This document shows positions 1 through 9,013 of a stretch of DNA of 64,000 bases, one piece after another. How positions within the stretch are numbered: the stretch's first letter is position 1; every line of letters begins with the position of its first letter. The position numbers were made by a program, and so were the translations under genes. The notes under the pieces were generated by a model. That model was not told the DNA's origin. It did no database searches and was given only the letters and a program-made list of their open reading frames with translations. This DNA is from Escherichia phage RB16. The stretch lies in the sequence record NC_014467.1; one strand, given 5' to 3'.

Positions 1-80
1 TTCCGGTCGGGTGTTCGTGTGGCTATAAACACATAGTCTCTCTGCGTGGCTTAGAGGCGTTTTTAAAGGTGGTTGGATAA

Positions 81-473
81 ATGGCTGTTAACCTTCGCTT
101 ACTATACAGCGATATCGATCCGAACCTTACGAAAGATTGGAATAAAGATGTTGCCGCCTCGAAAGGGGCGGCAGCAGTAAAGAACAGTCTGATCGGTATC
201 GTTACTACCCAGAAAGGCACACGTCCTTTCGATAGCAATTTTGGATGTGAGATCGGGGAACAGATATTCGAAAACATGAACCCGCTAACAGCGGAATCAG
301 TACGAACTTCGATTACCTCCGCAATACGAACCTACGAACCCCGCGTTTATAACCTTAATGTTGAAGTGATCCCGCAGTATGACGAAAACGCGATTACTGT
401 TACGATTTACTACAGCATCATTGATGAACCGGAAGAAGTAGAAAAAATCAAACTCCAGCTTTCATCCTCATAA
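81..473 (+). CDS. 25: baseplate wedge protein gp25 (gpW/gp25 family)
   Basis: 130-aa ORF; MAVNLRLLYSDIDP...KIKLQLSSS is near-colinear with T4 gp25 as I recall it; ATG at 81 with upstream GGTGG; followed by hairpin+T-run. Confidence 0.88.
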   Translation: MAVNLRLLYSDIDPNLTKDWNKDVAASKGAAAVKNSLIGIVTTQKGTRPFDSNFGCEIGEQIFENMNPLTAESVRTSITSAIRTYEPRVYNLNVEVIPQYDENAITVTIYYSIIDEPEEVEKIKLQLSSS

Positions 474-475
474 CA

Positions 476-498
476 AAAAGCCCCTTTCGGGGCTTTTC
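476..498. terminator. intrinsic terminator-like hairpin (AGCCCC-TTTC-GGGGCT + T-run), usable on both strands
   Basis: perfect 6-bp GC stem with T-run on plus strand directly after gp25 stop. Confidence 0.6.
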
Positions 499-996
499 TT
501 ATTCCATCACGATCCAGCCCATTAGCTGTTGATATCGCAATTCGAACGGGGTGATGAAAGAGCGGTTATTGATAACCTTCGTCCCGTTGTAGGACTTAAT
601 CACTTCCTCACCACGAAGCACATATTCGTATACTTCGTCCATAGTGTCGTAACGCACTTCTTCGACTTCGAAGCAGAAGTTGGAATACTCAATCATCCCA
701 ATCTTGTTCGCGTAACGGCGTTCGATACAACCCTGTTTTTCAACCAGAGTGATCGCAGTATCAATGAACTGCGCAAGTGCTTGCATGAAATTACCACATT
801 CGACTTCACGCCCCCCGCTTGAGATAGCCAGGTAAACGCGGCTCAATCCATCATTGCCGATGTAACCGATGCAATCACCACCAATGTTAACAGACCACAC
901 TTTGCCAATCGGCCCCATACCCATTCTGTTTTCACTGCGAGAAACACCTTTCAGTAACAGTGCCATGATGCCGCCGCGAACGTAATTCATTTTCAT
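499..996 (-). CDS. hypothetical protein (165 aa)
   Basis: ORF track; first gene of minus-strand array; no motif recognised. Confidence 0.5.
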   Translation of the reverse strand: MKMNYVRGGIMALLLKGVSRSENRMGMGPIGKVWSVNIGGDCIGYIGNDGLSRVYLAISSGGREVECGNFMQALAQFIDTAITLVEKQGCIERRYANKIGMIEYSNFCFEVEEVRYDTMDEVYEYVLRGEEVIKSYNGTKVINNRSFITPFELRYQQLMGWIVME

Positions 997-1006
997 GATA
1001 AGCCCC

Positions 1007-1237
1007 TTATTTTTTCAGGTTGATTAACCAAGACGGTTGGGTTTCTAAACTAACCTCTTTCCAAGCATATGCAACACTATAACCGGAATACGTCTGACAT
1101 ACAACAGCATTTTCATTTAAATATTTCACTTTGTGATCTGCCTCTTGTTCATTCAGGGCAGCACATACGATATTCTTTTCATACACTCCGCCGTTTGGCT
1201 GGATAATTGTTTCTTCAATCAGATAAACGCTGTTCAT
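1007..1237 (-). CDS. hypothetical protein (76 aa)
   Basis: ORF track; co-directional, stop/start abut neighbours. Confidence 0.4.
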   Translation of the reverse strand: MNSVYLIEETIIQPNGGVYEKNIVCAALNEQEADHKVKYLNENAVVCQTYSGYSVAYAWKEVSLETQPSWLINLKK

Positions 1238-1446
1238 GCTAATTCCTTCTCGATTGCTTCGATGATGTGGAGAACATAACCATTCAATCTTTCGGCTTGT
1301 TCAGCGGCTTCGATCATACCGTAACGAGGAACTTCTAAAACGTCGAAACCTTCGATCGGGTTGCTTTCGATATCAACGATGATATAGCTTTCACCGATTA
1401 CCGCACCTTTTCTCCAGTCTTTTACGAATTTCATTTTAGCGTTCAT
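1234..1446 (-). CDS. hypothetical protein (70 aa)
   Basis: ORF track; preceded by promoter cassette at 1485-1518 and SD. Confidence 0.45.
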   Translation of the reverse strand: MNAKMKFVKDWRKGAVIGESYIIVDIESNPIEGFDVLEVPRYGMIEAAEQAERLNGYVLHIIEAIEKELA

Positions 1447-1484
1447 TTTCTCGTTCCTTTTGTCTGTTCCGTTTCAACACCCCT

Positions 1485-1518
1485 AATATACAAAAACCCC
1501 TCGCGATATGCAAGGGGT
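1485..1518 (-). promoter_or_regulatory. terminator-hairpin/promoter cassette (-35 TTGCAT inside hairpin, 17-nt spacer, -10 TATATT)
   Basis: minus strand reads CCCCTTGCAT ATCGCGAGGGG TTTTTG TATATT; -10 rc of 1485-1490, -35 rc of 1508-1513. Confidence 0.5.
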
Positions 1519-1524
1519 TTTCGA

Positions 1525-2169
1525 TTAATTAAACTTATTGTACAGCATGAAGTTTACACCGATTGAACTTAGGGAGGTACAAGCTCGTTCCAGGTCGTCC
1601 GCTTCAATTTCGATAACGAATTTCGTTCGTATTAAAGCTGGCGCGACTTCTTCGACAGAAGGTGTAGTGACTTCTACGACAGGTTTATATACGTTCTTAT
1701 CATGATCAGGAACATCATCGAGATACTTCAACATTTGATTGATGTATCGTTTATCTGAGTATACAAACCGCTTCGCATTCGTCAGAAGAGAACGCATTTT
1801 AGAGCGGGTTGTAACTTTTGTACTTTCTTTGTATCCGCTACTTTCGGTGTTAAGAAAGTTTGGATTGCTATCCAGCATAATGATAGACGCTAGATTGTTT
1901 TTGTGGAAGTATCCCACGAGTTCATTACGAGACTGAGAGAAAACAAGCACATAAGCCTCTTCACCTACCAGATACATTTGTATATGTACTGGCGCTGTAA
2001 ACATTTTGTTTATGATTTTATGGAATCGAGTGTTTTCCGATAAACTGCGTTGTCTTGTATAACTTTTGAAAATGTTATCTTTGACAATGGTCGCCATCGT
2101 TTCGATGTGGTTTAGCGATTTCCCAAGTAACGGGTTCAGAAAAACTTCTTTTTTCGGTACATAAGCCAT
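1525..2169 (-). CDS. hypothetical protein (214 aa)
   Basis: ORF track; no motif recognised. Confidence 0.5.
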   Translation of the reverse strand: MAYVPKKEVFLNPLLGKSLNHIETMATIVKDNIFKSYTRQRSLSENTRFHKIINKMFTAPVHIQMYLVGEEAYVLVFSQSRNELVGYFHKNNLASIIMLDSNPNFLNTESSGYKESTKVTTRSKMRSLLTNAKRFVYSDKRYINQMLKYLDDVPDHDKNVYKPVVEVTTPSVEEVAPALIRTKFVIEIEADDLERACTSLSSIGVNFMLYNKFN

Positions 2170-2185
2170 ATTTCAAATTCTCTTT

Positions 2186-2476
2186 TTAGTGCATGAAAGA
2201 TTTAACGTACTTCAATATTTCTTCACGACATGTGTCAACGCTTGTGTTTTCGGCAATCATAGCATGACAAAGTATCTCACCGTCAAGCCAAAACGTCAGC
2301 ATGTATTGAATATCACGACCTTCTGTTGCTTCCTGATGATACTTGATTTTCGCGAAAGCAGTTTCGATACTTTCGGTTACTGTCAACATTTCGGAATCAC
2401 CATCTACAGCAGCCATTTCCCCAGCTTCTTCGCTGAATTCGCTTTCCAGTTCTTCCCAGTATACTATCGTTATCAT
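2186..2476 (-). CDS. hypothetical acidic protein (96 aa)
   Basis: ORF track. Confidence 0.45.
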   Translation of the reverse strand: MITIVYWEELESEFSEEAGEMAAVDGDSEMLTVTESIETAFAKIKYHQEATEGRDIQYMLTFWLDGEILCHAMIAENTSVDTCREEILKYVKSFMH

Positions 2477-2479
2477 TGA

Positions 2480-2620
2480 TTACCCCAAACATACTTTACA
2501 TTTGCATAAAGGGCATTCAGCCTCTTTGATGCGTAGACGTTTCGTTGTTGTCTTCTTCTCCGTATTGTGATCATATACATGAAGACAACGGAAGCAGATC
2601 ACCCAACGTTTATCCGTCAT
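2480..2620 (-). CDS. possible small Cys-rich protein (46 aa; CxxC...CPLCKCKVC)
   Basis: hand translation MTDKRWVICFRCLHVYDHNTEKKTTTKRLRIKEAECPLCKCKVCLG; below ORF-track size cutoff; overlaps next gene by 11 nt. Confidence 0.2.
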   Translation of the reverse strand: MTDKRWVICFRCLHVYDHNTEKKTTTKRLRIKEAECPLCKCKVCLG

Positions 2621-3077
2621 AACCGCCACCGCACTTAACCTCACCTTCAATGAACAGTTCGCGGTTGTCTCTCAAAAGATTGTATTTCTTTTCGAGTTCC
2701 GGCCCGAATGCGTCAGCGTCTTCATAATAGCTATAATTATAACAACCGCATTCATCATCCCATTCAGGTTCATCACCGCGTTCGTTGAAGTGTACGACTT
2801 TGAGATCGTCAACTCCAGACTCTTTCATTTTATCCCAGATATACCGGATGTCAACGCTATGGTAACTGAATGCTTCAAGGGTGATGTTATCACCATCGAT
2901 TTGAGGGATACCCCATTTAGGACGTTGGTCATCGGTGATGATATCAAGCAAAGATTCTACGTTTTCGTGTCCGTAAATCTTCGCGACCTCTTCCTCTTTA
3001 CCAGGACGAACAAGCCCGATCCCGATAATAAAGCTACTGCTTGAACTGTTACTTACAAAACCAGAACGGATCTTCAT
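2610..3077 (-). CDS. hypothetical protein, paralog family A (shared N-terminus MKIRSGFVSNSSSSSFI)
   Basis: first 17 aa identical to ORF 6488-7000, nucleotide differences synonymous; Cys motif ECGCYNYSYY. Confidence 0.55.
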   Translation of the reverse strand: MKIRSGFVSNSSSSSFIIGIGLVRPGKEEEVAKIYGHENVESLLDIITDDQRPKWGIPQIDGDNITLEAFSYHSVDIRYIWDKMKESGVDDLKVVHFNERGDEPEWDDECGCYNYSYYEDADAFGPELEKKYNLLRDNRELFIEGEVKCGGGYDG

Positions 3078-3265
3078 CGTCTTGCCTCATATTTCGCGTT
3101 CTCAGCGATTTTTTCTTGATAGATGTTATATGACATTACCAGAGGCGCAACCGCCACGATAAGCCCTATAAAGCACACAGAGAACTCACGTTTATTGAAA
3201 GCCAGGAACGCAATTGCGCTCCCGACCACGAACACACCCAGCGCTAATAAGAAGAATAACGTCAT
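3074..3265 (-). CDS. small membrane protein (63 aa, two hydrophobic segments)
   Basis: MTLFFLLALGVFVVGSAIAFLAF...GLIVAVAPLVM hydrophobic stretches. Confidence 0.45.
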   Translation of the reverse strand: MTLFFLLALGVFVVGSAIAFLAFNKREFSVCFIGLIVAVAPLVMSYNIYQEKIAENAKYEARR

Positions 3266-3879
3266 TTTGTGAGGGTGTCCATTTGTTTTGATTTTTCCAA
3301 CAGGGTTTTGATTACCGTATCCATCGCCTGTTCTGTATCACCATCATGATAGATGATCGCGGTTTGATGCAAACCTTTCACCAGACGATTGATAATGTAC
3401 GCCATTTCGGTCGGTAACAGTTTACCCGTTTTGTTGAATTTTTCAAACAGATTGAACAGTTCTTCGTTATTCCCTTTCTTACGGAAATTGAAGTTGTGCA
3501 TCCCAGACAGAAGACTATCCAGATACAGAACTGTTTTGTTATCAGAGCGGAGGTGTCCACCGATTTTGTAGTAGTTGCTGAAAACGTATGGTGCTTCACG
3601 AACATCATCGATGTCGAAACCAGCATCATCGATATTGCCTACGTGGGAGAAGAAATCCGCATCGTTATCGAACAGATTGATCGCGCCTTTCTTGTATGGG
3701 AATCCAGCCAGGTTAATGACTCCCTTTTCATACGCATCATCGTTATCAACGACAACGTATTCAGGAAGCATAGGGGCATATGGTTTGTTTTTGTCGTGGT
3801 TTTCGCGATACGCTAAAGGTTCAGCCAGATAGAGGATATCGCCTTGTTTGACTTCATCCCAAAAGATATTACGTGACAT
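3262..3879 (-). CDS. hypothetical protein (205 aa; start trimmed to MSRNIFWD to avoid overlap with upstream gene)
   Basis: ORF track 3262-4047 trimmed to the Met at 3879. Confidence 0.45.
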   Translation of the reverse strand: MSRNIFWDEVKQGDILYLAEPLAYRENHDKNKPYAPMLPEYVVVDNDDAYEKGVINLAGFPYKKGAINLFDNDADFFSHVGNIDDAGFDIDDVREAPYVFSNYYKIGGHLRSDNKTVLYLDSLLSGMHNFNFRKKGNNEELFNLFEKFNKTGKLLPTEMAYIINRLVKGLHQTAIIYHDGDTEQAMDTVIKTLLEKSKQMDTLTK

Positions 3880-3919
3880 ATTAAATTCCTCAACATGCCC
3901 CCTTTCGGGGGCTATATCA

Positions 3920-6139
3920 TTACAGTTTAACTTCTTTTTCTTCCAGGACGATTTCGCAATCGAATGTTGCACCTTCCCAGAACTTATGCGGGATAATGTC
4001 AGTCGCTTTAACCGATACTTTGGTTTCTTCAAAATCCATATCCGCAAACCAGGCGTGGCCTACAACGATACCGTACATTACACGGCTCAGGCGCTTGTTC
4101 AGTGCGCGTACTTCGTTGATGGTTGCCTTTGTTTCTTTATCAAGGTACTCGATTACCTTATCCTTGTCAAGCGCTGCGAGTTCAGCTTTAACAGCATCGT
4201 AAGCCCACAGGATGATCAGGTCGCCGTTGTTCAGTTTCTTCTTACCTTCGGCACGTTTCGCAACGGTTGCCGCTACAGCAGGAAGGGAGGAAACACCCTT
4301 GATTTTCAGATTCAGTTCTTTCGACATATAAACATCAGTCGAATCGGTACGGGTTACTTTCGGGGAGAATCCATAATCACGAATACCCTGTTCAGATAAC
4401 CATTCACCAGCGGCTTCACCGTATTTCTGTTTCAGACCTTCGGCATTACGTAAACCGATCGCGTCGTCACGGAAGAACTTCATCACCTTCTGGCGACCTT
4501 TCAGGATTTCCAGACGGATAGAGTCGTTTACATACTCTTTACCGGAGATCCCGCGAGTCATCGCACGGTTAACCAGAGGCAGACTTGTAAAGTCAACCAG
4601 AACCGACATACGGTCTTCACCGATTTTTGCCAGCGGCTTGATGGTCAAACCAGAAGCGCGGAGGTTTTTCAGTGTCGGAATATCAGTTTCCAGAGGCAGA
4701 ACTTTAACGTTTACGATACCGTCTTTAACGATGGTAAAGTTACGCACCTGCTTAGTTTCGATCTGTTCAGGCAGTCCCAGTTCTTTCTGTTTGCTTTCTG
4801 GGATAGTTACGTAACCTTGCAGATCCGTGTTAATGGAAATGTTAGGACGTGAACTGTTGCCGACCAGATGTTTAACCGATACTTTGGTTGTTGTCTGGGT
4901 AAATTTCGGTGTCCAGATTTCGTGCGTTACCATTTGTGCGGCTAATGCTTTGCGTTCTTCCGGTGTTTTCGCATTTGCGATCTGTTCTGACAGTTGATCC
5001 AGAGTATCATCTTCTTTCTGTACTGTCTGACGGCCTGTACGGTTGTACGCCCAGTGTTCAGAAGACAGGTCGATCACTGTGTCAGTTTCTGCCAGCAGTT
5101 CTAGAGCATCAACCAGAGTGAATGCGTTTTCGTCTGGAACCATGTTGTAATCAACACCTTCAATCAGACGTTTACCCGCATCAACTACCGCTTCCGCGAT
5201 CAGGTCTTTGGCGTTGGAATAATCCTGCTTAGTAAAGCAGTTATCGTAAGCCTTAATCAGACGAACGTCACCGACTTTTTTCAGCACTTTCCATGCCAGA
5301 TCAGGGTTCATGGTATGAAGTGCATGATACAGAACCACGTACAGAACCTGTTCACCTTCCATCGTAGCTGGATCAAATCCGTCGATATCGTTGATTGCGT
5401 TATCACCCAGCGCCCAGATGTTTTTGATATGCTCAGGAACCAGCACAACACCGTTTGCAGCGTTCAGGACATACACGCGCCCTTCGTCAATGTAGATCGC
5501 ATGGGTAGCATCACCTACTTTAACTTCAATACGCGCTGATGTTTGAGCGGTAATGATTTCAGCAAATGCTGGCTCGTATGCGTCGAAACCTTCAACGAAT
5601 TTATGCAATGCGTTGGTTGCTTCTGCCATTTTTTCCAGCAGAGGACGGTTAACATAGTAACCATATTCCAGGAACGCAATGCTGTTAAACGTCAGAGGGA
5701 GAACCGCACACGCTTTCAGGATGTCATCGGTACGCCAGCAGTTATCATAACCATCCGTCAGGAAGATCAGGCTGTTCAGGTTGCCGTTTTCGGATTGCAG
5801 GTCAGTTGCAATCTCAGCAGCCAGATTCAGAGGTTCGACGAAACCAGTACAACCAGTAGGTTTCAGATAACGGTCGATCGCGGTGCAGATATTGGTCAGA
5901 TCCGATACGTTGCTAACCTTCTCACCACGGAACACAGTACCGTAATCGCCTTTGCTGGAGAAGTACAGGATCGAAACAGTATCATCCTGTTTAACCAGGC
6001 TTGCCAGATTCGCTTTCAGGTGCTTACGAATTTTCGGCAATTCGCTGTACATTGAACCGGAAACGTCGCAAACGAAAACGTGGTTGGTCGGAGTCGGTTT
6101 AGATACTGCATTTTTGAATTCGATATTTGTAATTGACAT
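3920..6139 (-). CDS. von Willebrand factor A (vWA) domain protein, 739 aa
   Basis: N-terminal MIDAS motif VCDVSGSM (DxSxS) and downstream IFLTDGYDN; long C-terminal region of unknown fold. Confidence 0.7.
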   Translation of the reverse strand: MSITNIEFKNAVSKPTPTNHVFVCDVSGSMYSELPKIRKHLKANLASLVKQDDTVSILYFSSKGDYGTVFRGEKVSNVSDLTNICTAIDRYLKPTGCTGFVEPLNLAAEIATDLQSENGNLNSLIFLTDGYDNCWRTDDILKACAVLPLTFNSIAFLEYGYYVNRPLLEKMAEATNALHKFVEGFDAYEPAFAEIITAQTSARIEVKVGDATHAIYIDEGRVYVLNAANGVVLVPEHIKNIWALGDNAINDIDGFDPATMEGEQVLYVVLYHALHTMNPDLAWKVLKKVGDVRLIKAYDNCFTKQDYSNAKDLIAEAVVDAGKRLIEGVDYNMVPDENAFTLVDALELLAETDTVIDLSSEHWAYNRTGRQTVQKEDDTLDQLSEQIANAKTPEERKALAAQMVTHEIWTPKFTQTTTKVSVKHLVGNSSRPNISINTDLQGYVTIPESKQKELGLPEQIETKQVRNFTIVKDGIVNVKVLPLETDIPTLKNLRASGLTIKPLAKIGEDRMSVLVDFTSLPLVNRAMTRGISGKEYVNDSIRLEILKGRQKVMKFFRDDAIGLRNAEGLKQKYGEAAGEWLSEQGIRDYGFSPKVTRTDSTDVYMSKELNLKIKGVSSLPAVAATVAKRAEGKKKLNNGDLIILWAYDAVKAELAALDKDKVIEYLDKETKATINEVRALNKRLSRVMYGIVVGHAWFADMDFEETKVSVKATDIIPHKFWEGATFDCEIVLEEKEVKL

Positions 6140-6149
6140 TTAAATTTTC

Positions 6150-6488
6150 TCAGTATTTGGTTGTTTTATGTGCGTTTAAAATGCTTTGGATTTTTTCGGA
6201 AATCGTTTGCTGGTCTGGTTCACATCCCAACTTACCGCCAATCGCCTTATAAAAATCTTCAACAGAGTTTACGTTAAAATCCTGCATATTGAAACCTAAA
6301 GAGTACATGTGTGGATTTTTGAATTCGTAAACATCTACATCATACTCGTTAAGGTCGAAACGTTCAATATATTTCTTCAAAGAAAATAAATCGAACGGTA
6401 GCGGGAGGTGCTGTTCAATCGTTACAGGTTCCCCCAGCTTATGCGCTTTTAGCGTTGCCGCTTTCGTGTACATCATTTCTTCTTTCAT
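6150..6488 (-). CDS. hypothetical protein (112 aa)
   Basis: ORF track. Confidence 0.45.
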   Translation of the reverse strand: MKEEMMYTKAATLKAHKLGEPVTIEQHLPLPFDLFSLKKYIERFDLNEYDVDVYEFKNPHMYSLGFNMQDFNVNSVEDFYKAIGGKLGCEPDQQTISEKIQSILNAHKTTKY

Positions 6489-7000
6489 CAGTGGTGACTC
6501 TTTGATGTATGTTCAAGGTTGCGGAAAATGTTACCATGTTCCAGTTGGGTTCCAATCGGGCCGCACTCGTCAGAGTACGTAAACTCGTAGATAAACACGC
6601 CGTTTTGATTCCCGTACTTCGTGTTGTATTCTTCATACAGCCACATCTTGATCAGAGCGTCTTTCTCTTCGGTTTCTAAATCGTACCAATCCCGACCATC
6701 ATATGCAAGTGCAATTTGCGGATTTGAACGATAACGGGTTTCCGCGCTGTCTTCGGTTTCCCAATCATAGCGCTTATCATCGTAATACGATTCAAAACTA
6801 TTACCCATATGACCGCCTAAGTCACGGTGAACGTGTTGAACAACTTCTTCGGATGTCAGCGGGGGATTGTAGTAACCGCAATTAGGGGAACATTCACCCA
6901 TCATTTCACGAAGGTTGTTGATATCAGTCGGATCTTTCGGGAACCGGACGATGAAACTACTTGATGAACTATTGCTTACAAAACCAGAACGAATTTTCAT
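6488..7000 (-). CDS. hypothetical protein, paralog family A (shared N-terminus MKIRSGFVSNSSSSSFI)
   Basis: first 17 aa identical to ORF 2610-3077; Cys motif ECSPNCGYYN. Confidence 0.55.
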   Translation of the reverse strand: MKIRSGFVSNSSSSSFIVRFPKDPTDINNLREMMGECSPNCGYYNPPLTSEEVVQHVHRDLGGHMGNSFESYYDDKRYDWETEDSAETRYRSNPQIALAYDGRDWYDLETEEKDALIKMWLYEEYNTKYGNQNGVFIYEFTYSDECGPIGTQLEHGNIFRNLEHTSKSHH

Positions 7001-7242
7001 TTCAACGCCTCGAATTTGATTTCTTTCAGTGATTGTGTGTGATTATAACAAACCACTCCGCGATGTGTTTTCTTTCCGGTAAATCCGTCGAATATGGTGA
7101 CATAATAATGATAGCAACAATCATCAAGAGGATTGTTTCTGATATAGTCTAACACAACGTCTAACGATACGGTAGAGCATACACAGTCAGATTCATTGTC
7201 ACGACCATCATAGAAATCTTTTTCAATACTATAAATTTTCAC
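6997..7242 (-). CDS. hypothetical protein (81 aa)
   Basis: ORF track; ATGA-type overlap with neighbour. Confidence 0.4.
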   Translation of the reverse strand: MKIYSIEKDFYDGRDNESDCVCSTVSLDVVLDYIRNNPLDDCCYHYYVTIFDGFTGKKTHRGVVCYNHTQSLKEIKFEALK

Positions 7243-7481
7243 GATATTTTGCCTTTTCTTTCAGATTTGAGAACGATGTTACTGTAAGGATCCTTTGCTA
7301 CCAGTTCCCACAGGTCGCCAGGATGTTCCCCGCTACGGTAAACAGATGAACGAATGATTTCGTTAAACTTGATCAATGCTTCGTCGATGTCATCATAGCC
7401 ACGTTTCAGAGGCTTACGGTTGCGACGGATGAAGAACATTTCTTTGGTCTTCTCCCAGCGTTCAGAGTTTTTAACCTTCAT
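7239..7481 (-). CDS. hypothetical protein (80 aa)
   Basis: ORF track. Confidence 0.4.
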   Translation of the reverse strand: MKVKNSERWEKTKEMFFIRRNRKPLKRGYDDIDEALIKFNEIIRSSVYRSGEHPGDLWELVAKDPYSNIVLKSERKGKIS

Positions 7482-7770
7482 TGACCTGCCTCATGTTAGC
7501 CATGATTTCTTCAAAAGTCACGGGAATTTCTTTATACTGTTGTGATTCTTCATCCCATACATCGCGATACCCGTATGTTGAACTTTTTGCAATACGTTTT
7601 TCATTTTCCCAAACATCAATAGTAATGTTGTCACCAAGATAAGGAAAATTGTCAACTTTGTTTAAAGCGTCAATACAATTTTGTAACGATTCAGAAACAT
7701 GAACAATTTCAGTGAATTCATAATCGGCACTATAAGAAGAAACGTAAATCATAAAACCCGCACCCACCAA
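7471..7770 (-). CDS. hypothetical protein (99 aa)
   Basis: ORF track. Confidence 0.4.
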   Translation of the reverse strand: MVGAGFMIYVSSYSADYEFTEIVHVSESLQNCIDALNKVDNFPYLGDNITIDVWENEKRIAKSSTYGYRDVWDEESQQYKEIPVTFEEIMANMRQVNEG

Positions 7771-7940
7771 ATAAGGTCAGTAATTACGTCATAGATCATG
7801 AGTGGGAACACTGTAAGAATAATACCCATAACGAACACGGTTCCCCACAACCCCAAACTTTTACGAATAGATAACGCGTATCCAAAAACAACAATCATTC
7901 CTACTACTGCAATGATCAACATAATGATAGATGCAACCAT
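7749..7940 (-). CDS. small membrane protein (63 aa)
   Basis: two hydrophobic helices MVASIIMLIIAVVGMIVVFGYAL / LWGTVFVMGIILTVFPLMI. Confidence 0.4.
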   Translation of the reverse strand: MVASIIMLIIAVVGMIVVFGYALSIRKSLGLWGTVFVMGIILTVFPLMIYDVITDLIWWVRVL

Positions 7941-7955
7941 AATATAACCCTCACG

Positions 7956-7975
7956 AAAAGCCCCTTTCGGGGCTT
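7956..7975 (-). terminator. intrinsic terminator-like hairpin
   Basis: AGCCCC-GAAA-GGGGCT followed by TTTTCG on minus strand. Confidence 0.5.
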
Positions 7976-7981
7976 GATTAA

Positions 7982-8269
7982 TCAGTGTCCGAAGATGTGT
8001 TTAACAGACTCAGCGAAAGCGTAGAACACTGGATTGTTTTCTTTCAACATCGCTTCCGATTTCAGAAGGTAATCGCTTTTGAACTTAGTACCGAACAGGC
8101 AGTAAGAAAACGATTTGTCCCAGTAAAAGCAGTTATAACCACCATCAACAAATCTCACTTCAACCAACAAATAACCCACATCTTCCGGTTTGGTATTTGA
8201 ATAATCTTTCAGAAGGTTAGCACTTGCTACTTTGTATGCGTTACCAGCAACCAAATCGTTATAAGTCAT
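7982..8269 (-). CDS. hypothetical protein (95 aa)
   Basis: ORF track. Confidence 0.4.
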   Translation of the reverse strand: MTYNDLVAGNAYKVASANLLKDYSNTKPEDVGYLLVEVRFVDGGYNCFYWDKSFSYCLFGTKFKSDYLLKSEAMLKENNPVFYAFAESVKHIFGH

Positions 8270-8319
8270 GATGTGTTCCTTTTCAGTTTCGTTTCGATAA
8301 AGCTAAGGTATCACTGTTC

Positions 8320-8751
8320 TTACGAAGATGCAAACACTTTTTTGAAGAATTTTGTTTCCGGTCTTTCTTTGTATGGACGCATGGTCAATTCTTTACCATC
8401 CAACACAATTGGTTCTCCGTTCAGTTCGATCAGGATAAAGTTGCCTTTGCGATACTTCAACACACCCTGGCTTGCCGACCATTCATCATTATCCCAGTGG
8501 TTATAATGCCACTCAACAACGGTATCGATTGGTATTTCTGGTTGATTTCTCATAGCTTTCCTTCGTTCTGATGCTTCTTTCAATTGTCGTATTTGTGGGA
8601 TCAACTGTTGTGGTGGAACAGTATCTGCTTGTTTCAGTGCCTTTCGAGCTTGTTCAACAAACCATTCATATTTCGGACGGTGTTTAAGTTGTTCACGCAG
8701 TCGGGCATTCTCTTGTTCGGCAATACTTGCACGTTTTCTATAATCAGTCAT
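8320..8751 (-). CDS. hypothetical protein (about 144 aa; start trimmed to MTDYRKRAS)
   Basis: ORF track 8320-8814 trimmed to avoid overlap with 8759-9013. Confidence 0.4.
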   Translation of the reverse strand: MTDYRKRASIAEQENARLREQLKHRPKYEWFVEQARKALKQADTVPPQQLIPQIRQLKEASERRKAMRNQPEIPIDTVVEWHYNHWDNDEWSASQGVLKYRKGNFILIELNGEPIVLDGKELTMRPYKERPETKFFKKVFASS

Positions 8752-8758
8752 ATAAACC

Positions 8759-9013
8759 TCAAAAAATATGCGTAAGGTTTCCGGCGTTGTTCGGGTATTC
8801 CACGTAATCGCCACGGAATATGTTTAGATCGGAATCGAACTTAAATCCTTGACCCCTGACATCCTCATGACGGGAAATATAAGAACATCCGTACTTTTGT
8901 AGATCTTCCATGTACATTTCAGTGATGCGTTTTGCTTTGTCCATTCCCCGACCTTCAAATCGGGAACGGCGATAATGTTCCAGCAAAAACGCATATAACT
9001 TTTCGTATGTCAC
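8759..9013 (-). CDS. hypothetical protein (84 aa)
   Basis: ORF track. Confidence 0.4.
   Translation of the reverse strand: MTYEKLYAFLLEHYRRSRFEGRGMDKAKRITEMYMEDLQKYGCSYISRHEDVRGQGFKFDSDLNIFRGDYVEYPNNAGNLTHIF

Noticed and set aside
529-822. Plus-strand ORF (97 aa) inside minus-strand gene 499-996
   Set aside because: Antisense to a longer co-oriented ORF in a uniformly minus-strand gene array; no start context
3880-4047. Upstream extension of ORF 3262-4047 overlapping the vWA gene
   Set aside because: Overlaps the end of the 739-aa gene by about 130 nt; trimmed to the internal Met at 3879
5543-6055. Plus-strand ORF (170 aa) antisense to the vWA gene
   Set aside because: Lies wholly within the 739-aa ORF that carries a genuine MIDAS motif; no start context
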